Assembly: GCA_030528085.1 (NCBI GenBank)
Contig: JAUMZN010000001.1
Location: 1-56,555 of the forward strand
DNA from: Erysipelotrichaceae bacterium
GTDB taxonomy: Bacteria > Bacillota_I > Bacilli_A > Erysipelotrichales > Erysipelotrichaceae
DNA length: 56,555 nucleotides
Direction: 5' to 3'
How positions within the stretch are numbered: the stretch's first letter is position 1; every line of letters begins with the position of its first letter. The notes below the pieces were generated by a model. That model was given only the letters and a program-made list of their open reading frames with translations, did not search any database and had not been told where the DNA came from. The translations under genes were made by a program, and so were the position numbers. Below are positions 38,655 through 49,324 of the stretch, piece by piece.

Positions 38655-40205
38655 ATGACAACTTTGAGCAAATTTATTCAAAAAGTTCTCTCTGCGATTT
38701 CGCCAGATGAAGACTTAATCGATGAAATTTTACATCCTCGTGATTTATATCCTGTATCGCAAAGTGAATGCATGCAGGCTTTTCAAACACGCATTCAACA
38801 AGCGTTAGATCAAAAAGAAAAAGTGCTGATTGCCGGAGATTATGATTGCGATGGCATTATGTCCACGACAATTTTGCATGAAGGACTCACAAATCTTGGT
38901 TTAGAGTGCGGTTATTATATTCCCGATCGCATTCAAGAGGGCTATGGATTATCCGAAAAAACAGTCCAAATGGCTTATGATAAAGGCTATTCGCTCATTA
39001 TTACGTGCGACAATGGCGTTAAGGCAAAAGATGCCTTACAAAAAGCAAAAGAGTTAAAGATGAGCGTGATCGTAACAGATCACCATATTCTTCCAGAAAC
39101 AGTGGATTGTGAAGTATTAGTCCATCCTGATTTACTTGAACCTTGTTTTTCAAGTTTATGTGGCGCAGGTGTCGCTTTTGAGTGCGTGCGTGCATTAGGA
39201 CAGATGAGCGATGAATTTATTGAATATGCGGCGATTGCCTCTATTGCTGACTGTATGCGTGTCGGTGGCCAAACGCGCAGCATTATTCAAAAAGGATTAG
39301 CGTTAATGAATGAAAAAGGAAATATTCACTTTGATCCATTCATTACGCGTCATCCGATTAATGAACGCGATGCAGCCTTTCAAATTGCCCCAAAAATCAA
39401 TGCCGTAGGCCGCTTATCAAATCTCGCAAACGTGAATACTTTTGTGCGCTATATGGAATGCCAATCCCCGACGCAAGTCGCTTCTTATGCGCAATCCGTT
39501 AATCAGATCAACAACAAGCGCAAAGAATTATCAAGTTTTGTTTATGGTAAAGCACAAGTCATGATCAATCCGATGCATTCCGTCTTATTTGCGGCAGATC
39601 AACAATTCCCAGAAGGGATTATTGGCTTGGCAGCGGGCAATCTTTGTACACAATACGGTAAGCCGGCAATTGTAGGAACGATCAATCCTGATGGTATTAA
39701 ATGTTCAATGCGAGCACCAAAAGGGTTTAACTGCGTTGAGTTTTTAGCTGACTTTGATGGCTTCTTGCAACATGGTGGTCATGAACAAGCAGCGGGGATG
39801 ACGATTGATCCTGACCGTTATGAAGACTTTAAAGCGTATTTAATTGAAAAAGGGCATAGCTATAAGTGGCAAGCACAAGAAGAAACGTTGGTGGAAATCG
39901 AACCAGATGAAATCAATGTCGAAAATGTGCGTTCGCTCGATGCGTTTCGTCCATTTGGCCAAGGTTTTGAATTGCCGCGTTTCATTTTGCGATATCCACA
40001 AATTATTCGCAGCTTTGATCTGAGCCAAGGTGCACATCGCAAATTCGTATTTTTTAATGGGGTAGAAGCGGTTCACTTCAATCAAAGTCAACAAGATGCG
40101 CATACGCCATTTGAACAAATTGAAGCTTTGATCGGAACGGTGAACTTATCGACTTACCGCAAAGAAAAAGCGGAATTTTTAATCGATGAAATTATCTATA
40201 AATAA
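38655..40205 (+). CDS. recJ: Single-stranded DNA exonuclease RecJ
   Basis: GDYDCDG, PDR..EGYG, TCDNG, TDHH, P.INA.GR, GGH.QAAG. Start could be 38646 or 38655. Confidence 0.92.
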   Translation: MTTLSKFIQKVLSAISPDEDLIDEILHPRDLYPVSQSECMQAFQTRIQQALDQKEKVLIAGDYDCDGIMSTTILHEGLTNLGLECGYYIPDRIQEGYGLSEKTVQMAYDKGYSLIITCDNGVKAKDALQKAKELKMSVIVTDHHILPETVDCEVLVHPDLLEPCFSSLCGAGVAFECVRALGQMSDEFIEYAAIASIADCMRVGGQTRSIIQKGLALMNEKGNIHFDPFITRHPINERDAAFQIAPKINAVGRLSNLANVNTFVRYMECQSPTQVASYAQSVNQINNKRKELSSFVYGKAQVMINPMHSVLFAADQQFPEGIIGLAAGNLCTQYGKPAIVGTINPDGIKCSMRAPKGFNCVEFLADFDGFLQHGGHEQAAGMTIDPDRYEDFKAYLIEKGHSYKWQAQEETLVEIEPDEINVENVRSLDAFRPFGQGFELPRFILRYPQIIRSFDLSQGAHRKFVFFNGVEAVHFNQSQQDAHTPFEQIEALIGTVNLSTYRKEKAEFLIDEIIYK

Positions 40206-40340
40206 AGAATAGAATGACAAAAACTCAAGAAAATTGATGGATCTCATTTTTCCATCGTCAAAGTAGTATAGAATAGAGGATGCGTTTTGCGTTGTAACAT
40301 AAATTAAGGGACGCATTTATTGAAGGAGACATCATTAGTC

Positions 40341-40862
40341 ATGGATTTAAAATCACATATTGAAAGTATTCCAGGTTATCCAAAAGAAGGAGTTATCTTT
40401 CGCGATATCACACCTATTCTTTCCAATCCTGAAGCATTAGAACAAACAGCTAATGACATTGCATCATTTGCTAAAGAAGTAGGAGCAACACATATTTTAG
40501 CGCCAGAAGCTCGCGGTTTCATGTTTGGTATTCCAGCAGCAATTGCGGCTAAATTACCTTTCGTTCCAGTACGTAAACCAGGTAAATTACCACGTGCTGT
40601 CATTGAAGAAACTTATGAATTAGAATATGGCGTTGACCATTTACAAATGCACGCTGATGCTTTAACAAAAGGCAGCAAAGTGTTAATTGTCGACGACTTA
40701 TTAGCAACTGGTGGAACAGTGAAAGCAATCGCAAATTTGGTTAGACGCTGCGAAAGTGAAGTTGTTGGCTATGCATTTGTGGTTGAATTAGATGACTTGC
40801 ACGGCCGCGATAAACTCGGCGATGCACCAATGCTTAGCTTAGTTCATTACGAAGGCGAATAA
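40341..40862 (+). CDS. apt: Adenine phosphoribosyltransferase
   Basis: P.YPK.GV.FRDIT, EARGF, RKPGKLP, LEYG, VDDLLATGGT. Confidence 0.97.
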   Translation: MDLKSHIESIPGYPKEGVIFRDITPILSNPEALEQTANDIASFAKEVGATHILAPEARGFMFGIPAAIAAKLPFVPVRKPGKLPRAVIEETYELEYGVDHLQMHADALTKGSKVLIVDDLLATGGTVKAIANLVRRCESEVVGYAFVVELDDLHGRDKLGDAPMLSLVHYEGE

Positions 40863-40901
40863 GCAAACGGAACAAATTTAAATCTATTGATTTCAATCAA
40901 C

Positions 40902-40958
40902 AAATCCTGTTAGAAGAATGTATTTAAATTTTGGACATTCTCGATAACAGGATTTTTG
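40902..40958 (+). terminator. Terminator after apt
   Basis: AAATCCTGTTA...GAATGT / ACATTC...TAACAGGATTT followed by TT. Confidence 0.7.
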
Positions 40959-41219
40959 TTTTAGATTGATTTTGTTTTCGTCAATAAACGACAAGAACAT
41001 GCATTATATGTTGTATTTTGCGATAGAAATGATTAAATTGTAAAAAATAGCTCGTCTTTTTGTGTGTTCAAGAAGACGACAAATTTGATTGTTGATCGAG
41101 TCATCACAAGATAAAATAAGAAAAAACCAATCACGATTTTGGCACTTCAACAAAAGCTAAGTTTATTGTTTAAATGCCAAAAAAAATTGATGAAGCAGCA
41201 ACAGAAAGGGGACCCCATT

Positions 41220-43427
41220 ATGCCGGACAAGAAAAGTGTAACGATGGAACAATGTATGGAAAATATCCGAACTTATATTAAAAAGCCGGAAAATCTAGAA
41301 CTCATCGAAAAAGCTTACCAATTTGCCCTCAAAGCCCATGAAGGACAATTTAGAAAATCAGGTGAACCTTATGTCATCCACGTCATTCAAGTGGCGAATA
41401 TTTTAGCAGAACTGCATTGTTCACCAAAAACAATCGCAGCAGGCTTGCTCCATGATACAGTGGAAGACTGCGATGGGGTTTGTTACGAAACAATCGTCAA
41501 CGAGTTCTCTCAAGAAATTGCCGATCTAGTCGAAGCAGTAACGAAAATTGGCAACATCAATTCGCAATTTAAAGACGAAAAAGAATATCAAGCGAGCAAC
41601 CACCGCAAGATTTTTATTGCGATGGCAAAAGATATTCGCGTAATTTTGATTAAACTCGCCGACCGTTTGCATAACATGCGAACACTCGAATACCAATCTC
41701 CTGCCAAGCAACAAAAAATTGCCAAAGAAACACTTCAAGTTTATGCGCCAATCGCTCACCGTCTTGGGATTTCTAAAGTGAAAAATGAGCTTGAAGATCT
41801 TTCTTTTAAATACTTATATCCAACGCAATACGAAATGATCAAAGGCATGGTTGCGGAACGCGTCAGCGAACGCAATGCCCAAGTTCAAGAAATGATCACC
41901 GATATCGAAATCATTCTCGATGAATTTCATATCCCTTATCGTATTTTCGGCCGCTCAAAACACTTTTATTCCATCTATAAAAAGATGATGAGCAAGCATA
42001 AACGATTTGAAGAAATTCTCGATATGCAGGCAATTCGAATCGTCACCGATTCGATTAACCATTGTTATGAAATTTTAGGTTATATTCACGCGACTTATAA
42101 ACCAATTCCAGGTCGTTTTAAAGACTATATTGCGATGCCAAAATCCAATATGTATCAGTCTTTGCATACAACAGTTATTTCTAGCTCCGATGGAAGCATT
42201 TTTGAAATCCAAATTCGAACAGAACAAATGGATTCCATTGCGGAAAAAGGGGTTGCTGCCCATTGGCTCTATAAAGAAAATGGTAAAGGCAGCGATGAAA
42301 GCAATATTAAAGAAATGGAAGATAAGCTCTCTTGGTTTAGAGATTTCTCCATCATTACCGATGAAGATAGCGAAGATCCATTGGAATACATGTCGACGGT
42401 ACAAAAAGATATTTTTGAAGCCAACGTCTATTGCTTTACTCCACGCGGAAAAGTCATCGCATTACCATCAGGCTCTACTCCAATCGACTTTGCGTATCGC
42501 ATTCATACCGAGGTGGGAAACCATACAACTGGTGCTGTGGTCAACAGTGCCATCGTGCCTTTAAATACCCCATTAAAAACCGGAGATGTCGTCAAAATTT
42601 TGACGAGCAAAACATCTGCTGGACCATCTCGTGACTGGATTAAAATCGTTAAATCCGCTCATGCGCGCAATAAGATTCGTTCTTATTTCCAAAAAATCGA
42701 CTTAAAAGATCGTCGTGAGATGATTAAACAAGGCGAAGCAATGCTGGAAAATGCGCTTAAAGAAAATTCGATGGATGAACTCGATAAATATACAAAACGA
42801 ATCGAAGGATTCTTGCCAACACTTTCTTATCGCAATACCGAAGATTTATATGCGGCAATTGGAAGCAAGAGAATTCCAGTTCAAGTTATTATTGACCGTT
42901 TAGCAACAACAAAAGCAGCGATGGACGATAATGCCGAAATTATCAAGTTATATTCGAAAAATGGAAATCGTGGAAAACCAAGTGCTTGCGGTGTCATTGT
43001 CACAGGTGTCGATACGATCCAGGTGTCTTTAGCTCCTTGCTGCAGTCCAATTCCAGGTGATGAAATTGTCGGCTATGTATCTAAAGGACGCGGTGTGAAA
43101 GTCCATCGCAAAGATTGTCCGAATATCGCTCGTGAACAAGAACGTTTAATTCCTGTTTCGTGGGCAGAAGAACTTGAAGACAATAACTACTTAGTTCACT
43201 TACAAATCGAGTCAGATGACCGCAACTACTTGTTGTCCGATTTAGTAACGGTTCTCCAACAAAATGCGATTGGGATTAAAGGAATTTCTTCCAATGTAAA
43301 TAACGATTCTTTAACCGCGACGACCAAAATTGACATTACCGTTCGTAATGGTCAAATGCTCGAAAAGCTGATCGCCAATTTGAAAAAAGTTCATTCGGTC
43401 AATGAAGTCATCCGAACAATTCAATAA
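41220..43427 (+). CDS. relA: Bifunctional (p)ppGpp synthetase/hydrolase Rel
   Basis: H.GQ.RKSGEPY, LHDTVED, KLADRLHN, GRSK, YQSLHT, EIQIRT, TGS, CC.P.PGD, ACT. Confidence 0.97.
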   Translation: MPDKKSVTMEQCMENIRTYIKKPENLELIEKAYQFALKAHEGQFRKSGEPYVIHVIQVANILAELHCSPKTIAAGLLHDTVEDCDGVCYETIVNEFSQEIADLVEAVTKIGNINSQFKDEKEYQASNHRKIFIAMAKDIRVILIKLADRLHNMRTLEYQSPAKQQKIAKETLQVYAPIAHRLGISKVKNELEDLSFKYLYPTQYEMIKGMVAERVSERNAQVQEMITDIEIILDEFHIPYRIFGRSKHFYSIYKKMMSKHKRFEEILDMQAIRIVTDSINHCYEILGYIHATYKPIPGRFKDYIAMPKSNMYQSLHTTVISSSDGSIFEIQIRTEQMDSIAEKGVAAHWLYKENGKGSDESNIKEMEDKLSWFRDFSIITDEDSEDPLEYMSTVQKDIFEANVYCFTPRGKVIALPSGSTPIDFAYRIHTEVGNHTTGAVVNSAIVPLNTPLKTGDVVKILTSKTSAGPSRDWIKIVKSAHARNKIRSYFQKIDLKDRREMIKQGEAMLENALKENSMDELDKYTKRIEGFLPTLSYRNTEDLYAAIGSKRIPVQVIIDRLATTKAAMDDNAEIIKLYSKNGNRGKPSACGVIVTGVDTIQVSLAPCCSPIPGDEIVGYVSKGRGVKVHRKDCPNIAREQERLIPVSWAEELEDNNYLVHLQIESDDRNYLLSDLVTVLQQNAIGIKGISSNVNNDSLTATTKIDITVRNGQMLEKLIANLKKVHSVNEVIRTIQ

Positions 43428-43571
43428 AGCTAAAAAGATGAATAAGAAGGGAATGCTTGAAAAGAGGCATTCTCTTTTTGTTTAGGAAAAGCGATGGACT
43501 TTGCCAAATAGAATCTTGTTATTTGAGTAGAGAAAAAGCGGTCATGCCAACAGACATAACCGCTAAAGAAA

Positions 43572-44102
43572 TTATCGTTTTTCATAAATTAGTTCAGTGA
43601 TTCCATTATCGCTTTTCATATCAAGAAGTCGCAGCTTGATTTCCTGATTGCACTTTGAAAAAAGTTGGATGCCATTTCCTAAAATTGTCGGGATTATGGA
43701 AATGTGATAGCGATCAATAAGGTTATCTTCCATAAGTTGATGGACAATATTTGCGCCGCCACAGATCCAAATGTCCTTGCCGCTGTCGTGTTTTAATTCA
43801 TTGACGAGCAGGCTAGGAGAATTTGAAGTAAATGTAATGTTTTCTGTAGATGGACGATTTCGATGCGTAATGACATAGCTATGCTGATTTGGATAAACCC
43901 AATAATCAGGTGATAATTCAGTTACGATTTGATGATAGGTAGACCATCCCATAATTACTGTATCGATGCTTTTTTCAAAATCTGCAAAGCTGTCAACGCC
44001 TTCAACATTACAGTCTTGACCCATGAGCCAGTTCACCTTGCCGTTTTCATCGGCAATATATCCATCCAGACTCATCGCAATATATAAAATGACTTTTCGC
44101 AT
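43572..44102 (-). CDS. Dihydrofolate reductase-like (RibD C-terminal) family protein
   Basis: YIAMSLDGYIA, MG..TY, IWICGGA, P.ILG.GI.LF. Confidence 0.88.
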   Translation of the reverse strand: MRKVILYIAMSLDGYIADENGKVNWLMGQDCNVEGVDSFADFEKSIDTVIMGWSTYHQIVTELSPDYWVYPNQHSYVITHRNRPSTENITFTSNSPSLLVNELKHDSGKDIWICGGANIVHQLMEDNLIDRYHISIIPTILGNGIQLFSKCNQEIKLRLLDMKSDNGITELIYEKR

Positions 44103-44314
44103 TTGATTCTCTCCTTTTGTTTAGTTCGTTCTAATATATTTTACACGAATCAAATCAGTTCTATTTTGTGGATCATCGACATGGTTGTAAATGAAAAAAT
44201 AGTTAGTGTTTCGAAAGTTTTTATATCGCTTACAGCGCTTACAAGATATAATTAAACCATCAAAAATCATTTTACGTGATGAGGATTACTCTATAATCAG
44301 GAAAGGTAAAACAT

Positions 44315-44809
44315 ATGAAACACTTAAAAACAATCTCTGCTTTACTCATTGGAGCGACCCTATTAGTTGGATGTTCGAATAATGCACCTGCATCCAGTGT
44401 CTCTAAAACTGTGTCGAAAAGCTGCACGACTGAAATGCAAGGAATGAAGATGGGCGTGACCATCAGTGCGCCAAGTGAAGATGCCGAAATCGACAGCGTT
44501 CTCATTGATTTTGAAATGCCATTTTCGTTGATTAAAGATTTATCTGGTATGACGGAAATTTCTGAAGAAGAAATCAAAGCAGCAGCTGAACAAAATGAAG
44601 ATGTTTATAAACAAACAATCGCAGAGCAGTTAGGCATTGAAGCAGATTCAATTCAATCTGAATTAGGTGAAGACAGCATTAAACTTTCGATTGATCTTGA
44701 TGAAATGGATAAGTTAATTGAAGTTGCAGGACTTCCAGAAGATACTGAATTAATCTATAAAGATGTTGTTGAAAGTTTTGCAAGTCAAGAAGGACTAACT
44801 TGCGAATAA
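44315..44809 (+). CDS. Acidic lipoprotein, paralog 1 (possibly DUF1307/YehR-like)
   Basis: Lipobox LVGC (Cys20), second Cys37 and penultimate Cys. Confidence 0.8.
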   Translation: MKHLKTISALLIGATLLVGCSNNAPASSVSKTVSKSCTTEMQGMKMGVTISAPSEDAEIDSVLIDFEMPFSLIKDLSGMTEISEEEIKAAAEQNEDVYKQTIAEQLGIEADSIQSELGEDSIKLSIDLDEMDKLIEVAGLPEDTELIYKDVVESFASQEGLTCE

Positions 44810-45157
44810 AAACTAAATCAAATCTAAACACAATTCATAATTAATTAAAAACTGCTTAAATCGATCTAGTCAGCTCCTAGTCTTTTGAACACGTCAAATT
44901 CAAAAAATCGTGTTCATCGATTGGGAGCTTTTATCATGGAAAGAAAATCGAATTATTTCTAATTTATTGAGAATCGGTTTATGTAAAGATCAACAATCGA
45001 ATTATGGATCGCTTTGAAGCGTTAGGTTAAAAATGAAAATGTAAGTTTGTATTTTGCATATTCCATATTGCTTATAGTGCCTGCAAGTTATAATTGAAGT
45101 ATCAAAAGTAGTTTTAAGTGATGAGGATTACTCGATAATCCGGAAAGGGAAAAGTAT

Positions 45158-45652
45158 ATGAAACACTTAAAATCGATCTCTGCTTTATTCATTGGAGCAG
45201 CTTTATTTGTTGGATGTTCAAATAATGCACCTGCATCCAGTGTTTCTAAAACAGTGTCAAAAAGCTGTTCGACTGAAGTAGGCGCAATGAAAATGAAATT
45301 TACAATTAGTGCGCCAAGTGAAGATGCCAATATCGATCACGTTCAAACCGGAATTGAAATGCCATTTTCGGTCATTAAGGAATTAGTGGGAATGACGGAT
45401 ATTTCTGATGAGGAATTTAAAACAGCAGCGCAAAAAGATGACGAAATTTATAAACAATCGGTTGCATCTGATTTCGGTGTTGATGTAGATTCCGTGAAAG
45501 CTGAATTTACTGAAGACAGCATAAAACTTTCAGTCGATATTGATGACATGGATCAATTCTATGAAATCGCAAACCTTCCAGAAGACACTGAATTAATCTT
45601 TAAGGATGTAGCGGAAAAGTTAGAAGCCCAAGAAGGAATGACTTGCGAATAA
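45158..45652 (+). CDS. Acidic lipoprotein, paralog 2
   Basis: Lipobox FVGC; same length (164 aa); 35 of the first 40 residues identical to paralog 1. Confidence 0.8.
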   Translation: MKHLKSISALFIGAALFVGCSNNAPASSVSKTVSKSCSTEVGAMKMKFTISAPSEDANIDHVQTGIEMPFSVIKELVGMTDISDEEFKTAAQKDDEIYKQSVASDFGVDVDSVKAEFTEDSIKLSVDIDDMDQFYEIANLPEDTELIFKDVAEKLEAQEGMTCE

Positions 45653-45735
45653 AAAACGAATTGAATCTAAACACAATCCATAATTAAGCAAAAAGCTGCT
45701 CAAATCGATCCATGGATCTGATCTTGAGCAGCTTT

Positions 45736-46326
45736 TTAATGAAATTTCGTTAATGATTTTTTGAGTTCATATATGCAATAAACCAAACGGGAGCGAGCTT
45801 CTACAAACAGCTTTTTGCAGGTGAAATCAGGATAACTAGCTACGCAATAATTATTGAAGAAATTAGCGGCAATTGCGCTAGCTCTTCTTGCGTGCATAGA
45901 GCCCGTGATAATTTCGATTGGAGCATCACCAACCATTTGTTGGACAAATTTCAAATTCTCCCATGTATTGCGCGCATTTGTTTCCAATAATAATGGGATA
46001 TTAGGATTTTGTTCATGAATCCATTTAGCCATTACTTCAGCTTCAACGTATTCATTAGAAACGGCAGATCCAGATAAGATGAGCGTTTTGAATTGATTGC
46101 GTTGATATTCTTCTAAAGCAAATTGGCAGCGTCCGATTTGGCTAGGACTCATGCTTCCATCATCTTCAGCAGAGCAGCCTAATACTAATCCATATTCATA
46201 AGGCGTAGTTTTTGGCTTTTTTGTTGGCGGCAAATAATGACGATAAACGAGAGCGCATGCGCCAATGAATACGCCAAGGCCAATCCATCGTCTTGTTTTG
46301 TGTTTCGAATTTTGTTTCATCATCAA
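45736..46326 (-). CDS. YdcF/ElyC/SanA (DUF218) family protein
   Basis: N-terminal TM, VLG, LILSG, EA.VM, E..ARNT.EN, IT...H..RA. Confidence 0.85.
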   Translation of the reverse strand: MMMKQNSKHKTRRWIGLGVFIGACALVYRHYLPPTKKPKTTPYEYGLVLGCSAEDDGSMSPSQIGRCQFALEEYQRNQFKTLILSGSAVSNEYVEAEVMAKWIHEQNPNIPLLLETNARNTWENLKFVQQMVGDAPIEIITGSMHARRASAIAANFFNNYCVASYPDFTCKKLFVEARSRLVYCIYELKKSLTKFH

Positions 46327-46389
46327 TTCTCCTATAGCACAAGAAGTATTTTGATTTTAGGTTGATCTACACGATTAAGTTTATGATTT

Positions 46390-47421
46390 TTATTCGTGTT
46401 CAACGACGACTTGCCAAGGTTTTGTCTTTGGCGAAATCAAGGAATATAAGCGATGTTCTTTAAGATGCCATTTTTGTAAGTGAGTGGGCAATTGGTTGAA
46501 TTTACTTGCCATTGGCGTTTCTTTAGGCAAAGACTTGATCCAATTGCGGCCAATGGTATTCATGCCAAGAATTTGCATTTCAAAAAAAGAAGGATGGTTT
46601 TTCACTTCTGTTTTAGAAATCTGCAGCAAAATCATAAGGCAAGTTCTTTGAATCCGTGCTTTAGAATAAGTTTTCGTAATTGCTGCATTTAAAAAATCGT
46701 CCCAATTGTCATGGCGTAGCGCACATTGAATTAAACGATGCTCAATCCCTTCTTCAACTAAGAAAATTTGCTCAAGATTACTTGGATCGCTTTCAAGAAG
46801 TTGATAGCGCAAAAATGGGTAATAAGAAGACCAGTTTTGATGAGGTTCAAATAAGTGATCTTCTTCTTGTTCAATTCCCGCAAAATAATCAGCACGCGTT
46901 TGTGTAGCTGATTTTAATGATTGATCTCGCAAAAGCGGATACGGTTGAATGTTGTATTTTGAACACCAGCGAATATATTGAATCGCAAGAATGTCATTTG
47001 GTTGCAAATCCAAATCAAACTTTGCGGCATTTCGAGCTAATGAGGTAGAAGGGTTCGCATCCAGCTGTTCAATTTGTTTTGCTTTTTGGCAAAGGTCGTC
47101 AAGATTGGCACTTTCTGATCCAAAACAAAGGACGTTTACTTTAGCGCTGGATAAAGCTTCAATCGCATAGCGAGCAAAATAATCAGCGCTTTGCATGGCA
47201 TAAACGCAAGGCAAAGCAATCACAAGATCAGCTCCGGCTTGAAGAGCGAGTTTTGTTTTTGTTTCCACATTTTCTAAAGAAGGAAGACCTCGTGAAGAAA
47301 AATAAGTGGAAAGCACAACGACTAAAACATCTGGATGAAGTTGTTGTTTGATGGTTTGAAGTAAATAACGATGCCCATCATGCATCGGATTGAATTCAGC
47401 AATCACACCGGCAATAATCAT
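46390..47421 (-). CDS. tmcAL: tRNA(Met) cytidine acetate ligase TmcAL (YlbM)
   Basis: G.IAEFNP.H.GH (HIGH), RG.P, GADLV..LP, QSA..FA, FGSE, PNDIL, SAT, RIQR. Confidence 0.88.
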   Translation of the reverse strand: MIIAGVIAEFNPMHDGHRYLLQTIKQQLHPDVLVVVLSTYFSSRGLPSLENVETKTKLALQAGADLVIALPCVYAMQSADYFARYAIEALSSAKVNVLCFGSESANLDDLCQKAKQIEQLDANPSTSLARNAAKFDLDLQPNDILAIQYIRWCSKYNIQPYPLLRDQSLKSATQTRADYFAGIEQEEDHLFEPHQNWSSYYPFLRYQLLESDPSNLEQIFLVEEGIEHRLIQCALRHDNWDDFLNAAITKTYSKARIQRTCLMILLQISKTEVKNHPSFFEMQILGMNTIGRNWIKSLPKETPMASKFNQLPTHLQKWHLKEHRLYSLISPKTKPWQVVVEHE

Positions 47422-47695
47422 GTCTTCAGTCTATCAAAGAATCGAACGCTTCTATCTTTTTTGCAAAATAAATTCACCAAAAATCAACGATTGCGATATC
47501 CAATAAAACAGAATGGACAAAAAGTGAGGACTAGGGGTTTAAAAATAGGCCGGGGAATAGTTAATTCTTTGTGTTTTTGAGACAAAACGATGTAAAAGCG
47601 GGATAGATCGTTTAATCTAATGGGGATAAAATAAAGAAAACTCAAATTGAAGTACAGTTTTCAAGATTTGAAATATTTTTAGAAGGTGAAAGATT

Positions 47696-48370
47696 ATGAA
47701 TCAAAACAATATGAAAAAAGGAGCAATTTTATTCCTTAGCGCAATGCTGCTTGCAGCTTGTTCGAATGGCAATTCCACAAGCCAAGCCTCATCCAAAAGC
47801 CAAGTAGAATCTTTAGCGACAACAGAGCAATCAACTGCTAAAAAAGCAGATCATAGCGTACCGGGTCAAACACAATATGAAGCAGTGATCAAAATGAAAG
47901 ACTATGATCAGCCAATCGTCTTTACGATGGATGAAGGCATCGCTCCAGAGACAGTTGAAAACTTCGTAAACCTTGCTCAATCTGGATTTTATGATGGATT
48001 GACACTGCACCGCATTATGGAAGGTTTCATGATTCAAGGCGGAGATCCAACAGGAACAGGAACAGGCGGCAGCTCTCATTTAATTACCGGAGAATTTGCC
48101 TCAAATGGATTTGACAACAGCTTAAAACACGTTCGGGGAACTGTATCGATGGCAAGAAGCAACGATCCTGATTCTGCTAGTTCACAATTCTTTATTATGC
48201 AAGCTGATAATGAATCTTTAGATGGCAACTATGCAGCATTTGGAACAGTGACTTCAGGTATGGAAGTTGTCGATCAAATCGCGCAAAAAGCCCAACCAAC
48301 TGATGACAATGGCACAATTGAAGCCGACCAACAGCCAGTGATCGAATCGATTACGGTAACTCAAAAATAG
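47696..48370 (+). CDS. Lipoprotein cyclophilin-type peptidyl-prolyl isomerase
   Basis: Lipobox LAAC; AP.TV.NF, HRI..GFMIQGGDP, SMAR, SQFFI, LDG.YA.FG.V. Confidence 0.92.
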   Translation: MNQNNMKKGAILFLSAMLLAACSNGNSTSQASSKSQVESLATTEQSTAKKADHSVPGQTQYEAVIKMKDYDQPIVFTMDEGIAPETVENFVNLAQSGFYDGLTLHRIMEGFMIQGGDPTGTGTGGSSHLITGEFASNGFDNSLKHVRGTVSMARSNDPDSASSQFFIMQADNESLDGNYAAFGTVTSGMEVVDQIAQKAQPTDDNGTIEADQQPVIESITVTQK

Positions 48371-48525
48371 TTCGAAGCTCATTTAAATGGCTGTTTCGGT
48401 GTCGAAAGAGTTGTTTGGCAATGATGCAAAAATAAAAAAATAAAGTTTATGAAAGCGGATTATGCCGATATTTATCGGACAATTTTTGCGATTGATGGGG
48501 CTTTTTGATGTCATGATTTCTTTGT

Positions 48526-48554
48526 TTGACATTTCCAAATCGCATGCATATAAT
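48526..48554 (+). promoter_or_regulatory. Consensus sigma-A promoter of yceD-rpmF
   Basis: TTGACA-17 bp-TATAAT. Confidence 0.85.
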
Positions 48555-48580
48555 ATCAAATGCTACATGAGGTGAATATC

Positions 48581-49096
48581 GTGAAATTTAAAAGAAGCGA
48601 TTTTCTGGCTGCACCGAAGTCCAGTATTCCAGTTGACTTAGATTACTGTGATCCCACTGGAGAACGGTTTGTCAATACGCCTGTTCAAGCTTTGCCCCAA
48701 TGTCATATTGAAGGAACTCTTCATTTTGATGGCAGAAGCAAAGTGGTAAGCAGCCTTCATTATACAGGAACTATGACTGTCATTGATTCCATAACCGGAG
48801 AAGATCTGGATGTGGATTTCGAAACGGATTCGAGACAAGAATATTCTTTTGATCCTTTATCAGAGGACGATGATGAAGAAGAAATCATTCGAGTATACAA
48901 AGATGTAATTGATCTGACGGATGAGGCAGAAGAAGCCATAGCATATGAAGCACCCATGAGCATTACTCATTTAGCCCGTGAAGAATACCCACAAGGTGAA
49001 GGTTGGACTCTTACTAGCGATCAGGATGCAATTCCTGAAACGAAAGAAGAGGATCCACGTTGGGCAAAACTCAAAGAATTTAAATTCGAGGATTAA
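48581..49096 (+). CDS. YceD/YlbN (DUF177) family protein
   Basis: C-terminal DPRWAKLK; lies directly upstream of rpmF. GTG start follows a GAGGTG SD. Confidence 0.85.
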   Translation: MKFKRSDFLAAPKSSIPVDLDYCDPTGERFVNTPVQALPQCHIEGTLHFDGRSKVVSSLHYTGTMTVIDSITGEDLDVDFETDSRQEYSFDPLSEDDDEEEIIRVYKDVIDLTDEAEEAIAYEAPMSITHLAREEYPQGEGWTLTSDQDAIPETKEEDPRWAKLKEFKFED

Positions 49097-49111
49097 GTAG
49101 GAGGTGCACTG

Positions 49112-49291
49112 ATGGCTGTACAGCAGAGAAGAGGTTCTAAACACCGTAAGGCAAAAAGAAGAACTCATTACAAACTGACTAAACCTGCAATCGTAAAATG
49201 CCCAAACTGCGGAGAATACAAATTATCTCACAAAGTTTGCCCATCTTGCGGTCAATATAATGGCAGACAGGTACTCGAAGTCGGTGAATAA
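49112..49291 (+). CDS. rpmF: 50S ribosomal protein L32 (Zn-ribbon form), missing from the ORF track
   Basis: Hand translation: [59 protein letters not shown]; AGGAGG SD. Confidence 0.97.
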   Translation: MAVQQRRGSKHRKAKRRTHYKLTKPAIVKCPNCGEYKLSHKVCPSCGQYNGRQVLEVGE

Positions 49292-49298
49292 GCCTATT

Positions 49299-49324
49299 AG
49301 CAGAGCGTAAGCTCTGCTTTTTTT
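49299..49324 (+). terminator. Terminator after rpmF
   Basis: AGCAGAGC-gtaa-GCTCTGCT followed by T-run. Confidence 0.88.

Larger units (their letters stand above)
44226..45712 (+). repeat. Tandem duplication (~0.65-kb unit twice, ~843-bp period) of promoter + lipoprotein gene + 3' region
   Basis: Upstream GTGATGAGGATTACTC..TAATC.GGAAAGG and downstream AATCTAAACACAAT.CATAATTAA are shared by both copies. Confidence 0.85.
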
